This document shows, piece by piece, positions 7,910-16,700 of a stretch of 26,081 nucleotides of DNA. Position 1 is the first letter of the stretch. The number at the start of each line of letters is the position of its first letter. Origin of the DNA: a virus (taxonomy: Duplodnaviria; Caudoviricetes); the IMG/VR virus record IMGVR_UViG_3300011339_000331, positions 1 through 26,081 of that record, one strand, 5' to 3'. Both the position numbers and the translations under genes were made by a program. A model generated the notes under the pieces. It saw only the letters and a program-made list of their open reading frames with translations. It was not told the DNA's origin and searched no databases.

Positions 7910-10134
7910 TGACCAAAGCCTCCCCCATTCTCGAGAACTTCAACACGGGCGAGATGTCGCCCCTGCTGGCTGGCCGTGTCGGGTTCGACAAGTACCCCAA
8001 CGGCGCGTCGATCCTGGAGAACTTTATCCCGACGACGCAGGGCCCCAACCAGCGCCGCGCCGGCACTCGCTACGTCTACCCGGTCAAGGACAGCGACAAG
8101 AAGGTGCTGCTGGTGCCGTTCGAGTATTCCGTCACCCAGGCCTACATGCTGGAGTTCGGCGACTTCTACGTCCGGTTCTACACCTGGGACGCGGTGACCA
8201 AGGTGCGCGGCATCTTGTTGTCTGGGGGCGTGCCTGTCGAGGTGGCGACGCCTTACTCTGTGGCTGATCTCTACAACGCCGACGGCACACCTCGCCTGCG
8301 CTACGTTCAATCGGGCGACTTCCTGTACCTGACGCACTCCAAATACCAGCAGCGCATCTTGAAGCGCCTCACCGCAACCTCATTCACGATGACGGTCTAC
8401 GACTTCACGGGTGGCCCGTGGATGTCGCTCAACGACACGGCGGCGACCGTCTACTCCAATGCTGAGACAGGCTCCGTCACCCTGACGGCAAACGTCGACA
8501 TCTTCGAGTCCGGCCATGTCGGCTCGCTGTTCTATCTCGAGGCACGCGACACCAACTCTGTGCCGGCCTGGGAGGTTGGCAAGGCCATCACAGCTGGCGC
8601 GCGTCGACGTTCCGACAACAAGACATACGAGGCACTGAACTCGGCCACCACCGGGACCAGCAAGCCCGTGCACACCGAGGGCGCACTGATCGACGGCGAC
8701 TCTGGCGTGCAGTGGCAGTACCGAGATGCTGGCTACGGATATGTGCGCATCACCGGCTACACCAATGCAAGAACCGTGACGGCTACCGTGATTGACCGCC
8801 TGCCATCGCAGGTCGTTGGCTCTGGTGCCGCGACCTCCCGCTGGGCCTATGGCGAGTGGTCAACCGTCGAGGGCTGGCCGTCCGATGTGGCGTTCTTTCG
8901 AGAGCGCCTGTGGTTTGGCAGAGGCCAGACAGTGTGGGGCTCGGTGTCTGCCGACTTTACCGACTATGCGCCCAAGACCTACGGCCAGGTCACTGCCGAC
9001 ATGGCGATCACCGTGACGCTGGTGTCTGGCAAGATCAACGACGTGCAGTGGATGGCAGCCGACAAGGATCTCGTCGCTGGCACGGCTGGCGGTGAATTCG
9101 CCATCGGCGAGCTGACCAACGGCGAGCCCCTGGGCCCTGCCAACAAGCGCTCACGCCTGATGAGCGCATTTGGATCGCGGGCCATCCCTCCGATCAAAAA
9201 CGTCGAGTCGCTGCTATTCATTCAGCGGTCTGGCTTGAAAGCGCGCGAGACGTTCTTCGACTTCGGATCCGACGGCTACAAGTCGAGCGACACCACCGTG
9301 CTGGCCGAGCACATCACAGCCAGCGGCATCACCCAGATGGCGTTCGCGGCTGACCCTGACCAGGTTGTTTGGTGCGTCAGAGCCGACGGCATGCTGCTGG
9401 GGTTTACCTGGAACAACGAGCAAAGCGTGCGCGGCTGGCACCGTCACCCGATTGGCGGCTCTGGCATTGTCGAGTCGATCGCAGTCATGCCAGCGGCAGA
9501 GGGCGACCGCTCCGAGCTGTGGCTGGTGGTGCGCCGCACGATCAATGGCGTCACCAAGCGCTATGTCGAATACCTCGAGCGCCAGTACCGCATCGGCGAT
9601 AGCCAAGCCTCGCAGTTCTATGTCGACAGCGGCCTGACCTACACCGGCACGGCCACCACGACGATCTCAGGCCTCGGCCACCTCGAGGGCCAGACCGTCA
9701 GCGTGCTGGTGAACGGGGCCCCGCATCCCAACGTGGTGGTGACCTCTGGCGCGATCACGCTCCAGATCGCTGCGACCACCGCGCAGATCGGCCTGCCCTG
9801 CCCAGCCCGCTACCGCTCCATGCGGCTCGAGGCCGGAGCTCAGGACGGCACCAGCCAAGGCAAGACCAAGCGGATCCACAAGTGCGTGCTGCGGCTGCTC
9901 TACACAGGCGGCGGCAAGTACGGCGCGATGAACGGTGGCCCAATGGACAACCTGCTGCTGCGCTCGTCGACGGCAGCCATGAACCAACCAGCCCCGCTGT
10001 TCACGGGCGACAAGGTGGTTCCGTGGCCCGATGGGTACAACACTGAGGCCTATGTCGGCTTTGAGATCGACCAGCCCGTCAACGCCGTCCTGGTGGCGGT
10101 CATGCCGCAGATCGTGACGCAGGACGCGCGATGA
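7909..10134 (+). CDS. Tail nozzle (tail tubular protein B-like)
   Basis: 741 aa; NFNTGEMSP, G-x-x-x-RR-x-GT, WPS-x-V-x-F-x-x-ERL-x-F, GWHRH and GLGHLEG-x-TV motifs; TGATG overlap. Confidence 0.9.
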   Translation: MTKASPILENFNTGEMSPLLAGRVGFDKYPNGASILENFIPTTQGPNQRRAGTRYVYPVKDSDKKVLLVPFEYSVTQAYMLEFGDFYVRFYTWDAVTKVRGILLSGGVPVEVATPYSVADLYNADGTPRLRYVQSGDFLYLTHSKYQQRILKRLTATSFTMTVYDFTGGPWMSLNDTAATVYSNAETGSVTLTANVDIFESGHVGSLFYLEARDTNSVPAWEVGKAITAGARRRSDNKTYEALNSATTGTSKPVHTEGALIDGDSGVQWQYRDAGYGYVRITGYTNARTVTATVIDRLPSQVVGSGAATSRWAYGEWSTVEGWPSDVAFFRERLWFGRGQTVWGSVSADFTDYAPKTYGQVTADMAITVTLVSGKINDVQWMAADKDLVAGTAGGEFAIGELTNGEPLGPANKRSRLMSAFGSRAIPPIKNVESLLFIQRSGLKARETFFDFGSDGYKSSDTTVLAEHITASGITQMAFAADPDQVVWCVRADGMLLGFTWNNEQSVRGWHRHPIGGSGIVESIAVMPAAEGDRSELWLVVRRTINGVTKRYVEYLERQYRIGDSQASQFYVDSGLTYTGTATTTISGLGHLEGQTVSVLVNGAPHPNVVVTSGAITLQIAATTAQIGLPCPARYRSMRLEAGAQDGTSQGKTKRIHKCVLRLLYTGGGKYGAMNGGPMDNLLLRSSTAAMNQPAPLFTGDKVVPWPDGYNTEAYVGFEIDQPVNAVLVAVMPQIVTQDAR

Positions 10135-10562
10135 ACATCGTCGCCTTCAAGGCCGTCCACCTGCAATGGCTCGAGCTGCAACAGGCCCAGGCCTATCTGA
10201 GCGCCGAGATCGCGCAGCCTGAGCATGCGCGCATGATCGAGCAGGCCGGGCAATCCTTCACAGCGATGGTGGGCGACAAGGTGATCGCCTGCTCGGGCAC
10301 GGCCGAAGTCTGGTCTGGCCGGGCGGTGGCCTGGGCGCTGATCTCCAAGGACGCTGGCCGTCACATGGTCGGCATTCACAAAGCGGTCGCTGGGTATCTT
10401 TCTGCGGCAAAATACAAGCGCATCGAAGCGTGGGTCGATGAAGGGTTTGAGCCCGGCATGCGCTGGCTCGAGCTGCTCGGCTTCACGCGCGAGACGCCGC
10501 TGCCCATGCGTGGGTTCCGGCCCGACGGTGGCTCCTGCTTCCTATTTTCTAAGGTGAAATGA
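10131..10562 (+). CDS. GNAT-fold/T7 gp13-like protein preceding the ejection genes
   Basis: 143 aa; IA-x-x-G...W...RIEA-x-V...RWLELLGF-x-x-E pattern; conserved position after the nozzle. Confidence 0.75.
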   Translation: MNIVAFKAVHLQWLELQQAQAYLSAEIAQPEHARMIEQAGQSFTAMVGDKVIACSGTAEVWSGRAVAWALISKDAGRHMVGIHKAVAGYLSAAKYKRIEAWVDEGFEPGMRWLELLGFTRETPLPMRGFRPDGGSCFLFSKVK

Positions 10563-10563
10563 C

Positions 10564-11130
10564 ATGGCTTTTGTAATGCCCCTTTTTGCTGCGCTGGGCA
10601 CTGCTGCCGGTGCATCTGCCGCAACGGCCGGCATCGCCGGTCTGTCGCTTGCCTCTGGCGCTCTCGGCGTCGTGGGCGCGATCCAGCAGGGCAAGCAGGC
10701 CAACGCCGCCGCGCAGTCCGAAGCCAACATGGCCGAGTACAACTCCAAGATGGCCGAGATCCAGGCGCGCCAGGCTTACGCCGCTGCCGGGGTCCAGGAG
10801 GACGAGATTCGACGTCGTGGCCGTGTGGCCCTGGGCAACCAGCTGGCGTCCAGCGCCGAGGCCGGAGCAGGCCTCAATGGCGACCTGCTGCGCGAGTCGG
10901 TCTTCGGCATTGAGTCTGATGCCATGGCGATCCGCTACGAGGGCGATCTGAAAGCTCAAGGCCTGAAGGACAACGCTGCCCTGCAATCGTCTGCCGCTGC
11001 TGTGGCGCGCGATCGCGGCAAGCGAGCCGTGACCGCCTCCTATCTCAACGCAGGCGCTTCAGTCCTGAATTCTGCAACCAGTTACTACGGCGCGACCTCT
11101 AAGATCGCATCTGCCGGAAAGGTCGCCTGA
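10564..11130 (+). CDS. Small ejection/internal virion protein (T7 gp14-like)
   Basis: Ala/Gly-rich hydrophobic N-terminus followed by a long Ala/Gln helix; first gene of the ejection cluster. Confidence 0.8.
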   Translation: MAFVMPLFAALGTAAGASAATAGIAGLSLASGALGVVGAIQQGKQANAAAQSEANMAEYNSKMAEIQARQAYAAAGVQEDEIRRRGRVALGNQLASSAEAGAGLNGDLLRESVFGIESDAMAIRYEGDLKAQGLKDNAALQSSAAAVARDRGKRAVTASYLNAGASVLNSATSYYGATSKIASAGKVA

Positions 11131-13769
11131 TGGCACGCGCAATCCCAACCTACCAGCGCCAGAACCTGGCCGGCGGCATCCAGTCCGCACCCAACGCCTC
11201 GAGCAGCGTCTCGGCCAATGACCCGGTGGCGCAGGCCTTGGGCAATATCCGCCAAGCCGCAGGCAATGCCGGCAATGCGCTGGCTGACGATGCCATCCGC
11301 TTGGCGGCAGAGGGCCGCAAGCAGATCGAGAACGCCGCTGCGGTCGATGTCTCCCACGTGCTGTCGCAGGGCGATGTGTACTGGCAGGAGGACTCCACCA
11401 AGCGCATGCAAGCCTGGAAGGTTGGCGACCCTGACCTGCGCGAAGGCATCGGCGCTGACTTCGATAAATGGACGGCCGAGTCTGCGGCCAAGCTGCCGAC
11501 CGAAGCCTCGCGCAAGTATTTCCAGCAGCACGCTGCGGGCATGAAGGCACGGCTCCAGACCAATGCCTTCTCGTTCCAGGAAAAGTCTGCCACCGCCAAG
11601 CTAAACGCCGACAGCGATGCTGGGCAACAGGCTGACGAGAACGTGGTCTACAACGAACCAGGCCGCTTTGGCGAGATCTACAAGCGCCGCATCGAGCCTT
11701 TGCTGGCCCGCACCGACATCTCCGAAGCCGAGAAGATCAAGGCTGCCGACATCTACAAGCGCAAACTGAGCCTGGCCGTCGAGCGTGGCGAAATGCAACG
11801 CGATCCGGTGGGCTGGTATCGCAAGCGCTTTGGCGAGTTTCGGCCAGCCGAAGCAGCACCGACCACTGGCGCGAGTGGCGGCGGTGCAGGCTTTGATGCA
11901 GTCATGCCGCGCATCTTCGCTTCCGAGGGCGGCTATTCAGCCAGCGACGGCAACACTGGCAAGCCCGTAAACTTTGGCATCAATCAGGGCGCAAACCCTG
12001 ACGTAGACGTCAAGAACCTGACCAAGGAAGGCGCGGCCAAGATCTACAAGGAGCGCTACTGGGACGCCATCAAGGGCGACACCCTGCCAGCAGCCCTGCA
12101 AGGCACGGCGATGGATGCTGCGGTCAACCAGGGCCCGGCCAACGCCAAGAAATGGATCGAGGCATCCGGTGGCGATCCGGTCAAGTTCAACCAGCTGCGC
12201 CGAGATCACTACGAGATGCTGTTGCAAGACCCGGTGAACCGGAAATACCGCAACGCATGGATGGGACGGCTGACGTCGTATGAGCGCGACGCGACCGGTG
12301 GCGGGGGAACAGCTTCCGCTCCTGGCGCACCTTCTGGCGATCGAGCGGCACCAGCTTCGCGGCCTGTCATCGAGCAGCCGGCCACCTTCAAGGGCATGGA
12401 CTGGGAGCAGCAGGACGCCCTGAAGTCGATGGCCGAGACGCGCATGCGTCAGGACCAGGCACGCCTTCAGGCCGAGGTGGATCTCAAGGTGCGCGACGCT
12501 ACGGCCATGCAGGCCGACGGCAAGGTCGACCCGTTCAACTTCACGCAAGAGACGTTCACCCAGGCCTACGGTGCCGACGGGGCCCGCCGCTTCCAGGACT
12601 ACCAGAGCGGCCGGGTGATGGCTGCCGACATCGGCTCCTACATGACCATGTCGCCGACCCAGATCGAGGCCTCGCTCCAGGCGAACCAGGAACGTGTCAA
12701 CGGCGTCGCGTCTGGCGGTGGGTCTGGCTATGCCGCCGCTGATCAGCGCCAGCAGCTGCGCATCCGTGCCGCTCAGTCGGTGGTGAAGATGCAGCAGGAA
12801 GACCCGCAGGCCTATGCCGTCAAAGCTGGCCTGTCGACGGCCAAGCCCCTGGACATGGGCGACCCTGCCAAGTTTGGTGCCGAGCTCGCAAGCCGAGCGG
12901 CCACGGCCTCCATGCTGCGCGACACCTACAAAACGCCCTTCACGCTGCTGATGAAGAACGAGGCGACCGCGCTGTCGGCCGGCTTCAACAAGATGAGCAG
13001 CGAGCAGAAGCTGGCCTACCTCGGCGCTGTGGCGAAATCCGTCACCGACCCGCAGGCGGCTGCGTCCGTGTTCCAGCAGATCGCGCCTGACAGCCCCGTC
13101 ACCGCTGTGGCCGGCAAGCTGATGACCATGACCGGCTCGAGCCCGATCGGCGCGGGCATGTTCTCCAGTGGCACGACCTACAACCCCAAGACCGTCGCCA
13201 CGATGATCATCCAGGGCGAGGAGCTCCTGAACCCCAACAAGGCCATGAAGAAGGAAGACGGCAAGCCCGTGAACCTGATCATGCCCAAGGAACAGGATCT
13301 GCGCGACCCGTTCAACAATGCGGTGGGCGCGGCCTTCACCAACCAGCCCCAAAGCGCCGAGGTCGCCTACCAGTCGGTCAAGGCCTACTACGCGGCCAAG
13401 ATGGCCCAGCTCGGCGACTACTCCGGCAACGTCAACACGTCGGCGGTCAAGGAGGCGATCGAGGCTGTGACCGGTGGCGCGTCGGATTTCCGCAACACCA
13501 AGGTGATCCGACCCTGGGGCATGTCCGACGACAACTTCAAGGACAACGCCAAGAAGGCCTTCGATGCCGAGATGGTGCGCCTGGGTCGCAAGGGGCCGGC
13601 TGCCAACTTTGCCTCCTACGGCATGGAGAACTATGGCGACGCCTACCGGCTGCGCGCAGGCACTGGCTATGTCGAGGAACGCCCAGGCGTGCCCCTGACG
13701 CTGTACGTCACCGGGCCCAGCTTTGCTGGCGCTGGTCGTGGCATGATCAACCCATCACCAGCACAGTAA
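11130..13769 (+). CDS. Ejection protein with an inserted GH108-like (EGGY) lysozyme domain
   Basis: M-x-x-x-IPTY start; helical body; domain at about 11892-12275 with EGGY (11925-11936), FGIN, V-x-NLT...A-x-x-IY-x-x-RYW, DAAVNQG and W-x-x-R, flanked by Gly/Pro linkers. Confidence 0.85.
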   Translation: MARAIPTYQRQNLAGGIQSAPNASSSVSANDPVAQALGNIRQAAGNAGNALADDAIRLAAEGRKQIENAAAVDVSHVLSQGDVYWQEDSTKRMQAWKVGDPDLREGIGADFDKWTAESAAKLPTEASRKYFQQHAAGMKARLQTNAFSFQEKSATAKLNADSDAGQQADENVVYNEPGRFGEIYKRRIEPLLARTDISEAEKIKAADIYKRKLSLAVERGEMQRDPVGWYRKRFGEFRPAEAAPTTGASGGGAGFDAVMPRIFASEGGYSASDGNTGKPVNFGINQGANPDVDVKNLTKEGAAKIYKERYWDAIKGDTLPAALQGTAMDAAVNQGPANAKKWIEASGGDPVKFNQLRRDHYEMLLQDPVNRKYRNAWMGRLTSYERDATGGGGTASAPGAPSGDRAAPASRPVIEQPATFKGMDWEQQDALKSMAETRMRQDQARLQAEVDLKVRDATAMQADGKVDPFNFTQETFTQAYGADGARRFQDYQSGRVMAADIGSYMTMSPTQIEASLQANQERVNGVASGGGSGYAAADQRQQLRIRAAQSVVKMQQEDPQAYAVKAGLSTAKPLDMGDPAKFGAELASRAATASMLRDTYKTPFTLLMKNEATALSAGFNKMSSEQKLAYLGAVAKSVTDPQAAASVFQQIAPDSPVTAVAGKLMTMTGSSPIGAGMFSSGTTYNPKTVATMIIQGEELLNPNKAMKKEDGKPVNLIMPKEQDLRDPFNNAVGAAFTNQPQSAEVAYQSVKAYYAAKMAQLGDYSGNVNTSAVKEAIEAVTGGASDFRNTKVIRPWGMSDDNFKDNAKKAFDAEMVRLGRKGPAANFASYGMENYGDAYRLRAGTGYVEERPGVPLTLYVTGPSFAGAGRGMINPSPAQ

Positions 13770-13773
13770 AACC

Positions 13774-16700
13774 ATGAACCTCTTTTCAGTCGGCGGGACA
13801 GAACAAGCCAACCAGGATTCATTTGCACGGGCGAACCCGCTTAAAGCGGACGACCTAAAGGCTGGGTTCTTTGAGGGCATCCCACAGGCAGCCGCGCTCG
13901 GCGCTGGTGCTGCCGTCAACAACTATGCAAGGCCCATGGCCGATGCCGCCAAGGGCATCGACAGCATGTTCAAGACGGACATGTCTGGCTGGCTGGCGAA
14001 GGAACAGGAAAAGACGCAGCAGGCCTCGCGCGACCTGACCCCGAACCCCGCGACCGTCGGCTGGTTGGGCCAGCAGGTCTACGGCGCGACCAACATGATC
14101 GGCAGCGTTGCCATCGGCACGATCGCCACCGGCAACCCCATCACGGGTGCTGCTGTGGGTGCCGCGGCCATGGGTAACAGCGCCTTCAATCAAGCGCGCG
14201 AGGACGGCCTCGACTTCAACACGTCGGTCGGCATGGGCGGCATCACGGCAGGCTCCACCTTCATCGGTGCGTTTCTGCCTGTTACGGCCACCACCAACAT
14301 GGCGACAGGCCTGCTGGGTAAAGCCATGGGCGCAGAGGTCGCAGGCAATGCGGCCACGGCAGCCGCCCTGTACACAGCAGCTGGGGCAACAGCCACCATC
14401 GCCACCAACCTCCCGTCCAAGATCGCCGCAGCTGGCGCGATCAACACGGCCACCGGCATCCCTACCCGAGGCGCGACATCGGCGCTGCTCGAGGCCAATG
14501 GCTACGCCGACATGGCGAAGCAGTACGAGGCCTTCAGCATGTCCGAGATGATCAGCGACTTCGCGGTCGGCTCGATCTTCGGCCTGGGCATCCATGGCTA
14601 CCAGAAGTGGGAGCAGGCCAACCAGAACAAGATCCCGGCTGCGCAGATGTCCGACCTTGATGCTGTGCTGGCGCTGACCAACGCAGCCCACATCGAGATC
14701 AAGACATCGCCCGGCATCCCGACCGACCCGGCCACTCGCGAGGCGCACGTCGCTGCCATCAACAAGGCGCTGACCGACCTGGCCGAGGGCCGTCCTGTCG
14801 ATGTCGGCCAGGCCGTCACCGAGGGCAACTTCATCGAAGACCCCACAGCTGTGCAGACCCGGACGGACATCGTGCGTGTGGTCGAGGATCACATGGGCCC
14901 AGAGTGGGAAGGCTTGCAGGCAGATCTCGCCGCACGCGGCATGCCGACCGACACGAACCTGTACCAGGTGACCCGCACGCCGGCAAACCAGATGTCTCAG
15001 GTGCGACCGACCATGGAGGTCAACCGCATCATCGAGCGCGGCAAGGCCGAGGGCTGGGACACCGAGCGCATGATCACTGAGCTCGAGACGCTGAAGGGCA
15101 AGCTCGAGCAGCGCAACGAAGCCCAACTCGAGGCCAGGACAGGCGATCGCGTGCGTGGCGAATTGTGGGTGCGTGAGCGCCTGCTGCGTGCCGAGCGCAA
15201 TGGCGAGCTGCCACCCGAGGCTGTCCGCCTGGCGAACTGGCTGATCGACCAAAACCCGAACCTGGTCGCCGACATCGGCCTGTCGTTCAAGAAGTCCGGC
15301 GATGTGCAGGGCGAGGCCGGCGGCTACAACCCGCTGGCGCGCATCGTGACGCTGATCAAGGGCCGGGCCAACGACGAGACGGTCATTCATGAGATCTTGC
15401 ACCACGCCGAGCGCATGATGCCGGAGGGCGTGCAGAAGGCGATCCAGGCCGAGTGGTTCAAGGAGTTGCGCGCCGTCACCCAGATGGCGACCCGCACCCA
15501 GAACCAGACGCTGATGAAGGCCACAGACGATGCGCTGCGGGCTGCCAACGGCGACGAGCGCGCCTTCCGCAACCTGGCCGAAGCGATCGCCAACGGCGAG
15601 GCCGACGACCGCTTTTACGCCCTGGCGAACCCATCCGAGTTCTGGGCCGTCAATGGCTCCAGGATCCTGCGCGAGCGGGCCAGCGAGGGCTGGGTGCAGC
15701 AGGCCAAGCAGTGGCTGGCCGAGTTCATCGAGAAGGTCAAAGCCACCTTCGGCCTGCGCTCTGACGCTGCCGTGATCCGTGGCCTCAACGATGTGCTGAA
15801 ATCCGACGGCGCGTTCCTGAACGACAACCTGCTGGCCGATGCTGCCGTGCCGCGCATGAAACAAGTCACCCGCGACAGCGTCGAGCGCCCAGGCCGCGAC
15901 ACTGCCCAGGAAAACCTGAACGGCTTCGAGCCGGACCTGCGCGTGCGCGTGCCCATGGGCAAGATCGAACTGCCGGCCAAGCCGCTGGTGCTGACCGGCA
16001 CCAACAAGAAGAACGCCGCGCGCCAGATCGCAGGCATCGACGAGACGCTGGCGAAGTTCCCCGACGCCGACACATCGCCGCTCGAGTGGTCCAAGATGAT
16101 GGCCTACGCCATGGCGACCGACGACGTGCCAGTCCCGCCCTACCGGTTCCTGAAGGACATCAACAGCGACGGCGCTTTCCGCAGCCTGTCGCGCCTGTCG
16201 GCCGGCCAGATCGCCGACGCCAAGCACGGATTCGAGAACGCCCAGGCCTTCCGCGACGCCTACGTCAACAAGGAGCTGGACGTCGAGACGACCGGCAAGC
16301 TGTTCATGTGGTCGTTCCTGTCGCGTGGCGTGAGCCCGTACACACAGGAGGGCCTGTTCATCGACGGCTTCAAGGGCGCTGGCGACTGGATCAAGAAAGC
16401 AGCCGACGGCAACCTGACCGAGGCCGACTTCCCCGCCTACAAGGCATGGGCAAAGTCGGTCGCGCCGCAGGGCTCGGGCCAGCCAGGCTCTGGTGCCACG
16501 CATAACCTGAACGCCTTCGGCAAGCTGTTCCTGTTCAAGATGGGCCAGAAGGACGAGAACGGCGTCTCGTTGCTCCAAAAGATGCACACCCTGATGGAAG
16601 ACCCCGAGGTCACCGGGCAGCAGATCCGTCGCTGGTTCATCGAGAACACCGAGGGCGTCGGCATCGACAACAAGGTCGTGTCGTTCACGCTCCTGGTGGC

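Noticed and set aside
11960-11975. TAAACT as a second gene-internal -10 box
   Set aside because: No -35 at proper spacing and no convincing downstream RBS/ORF.
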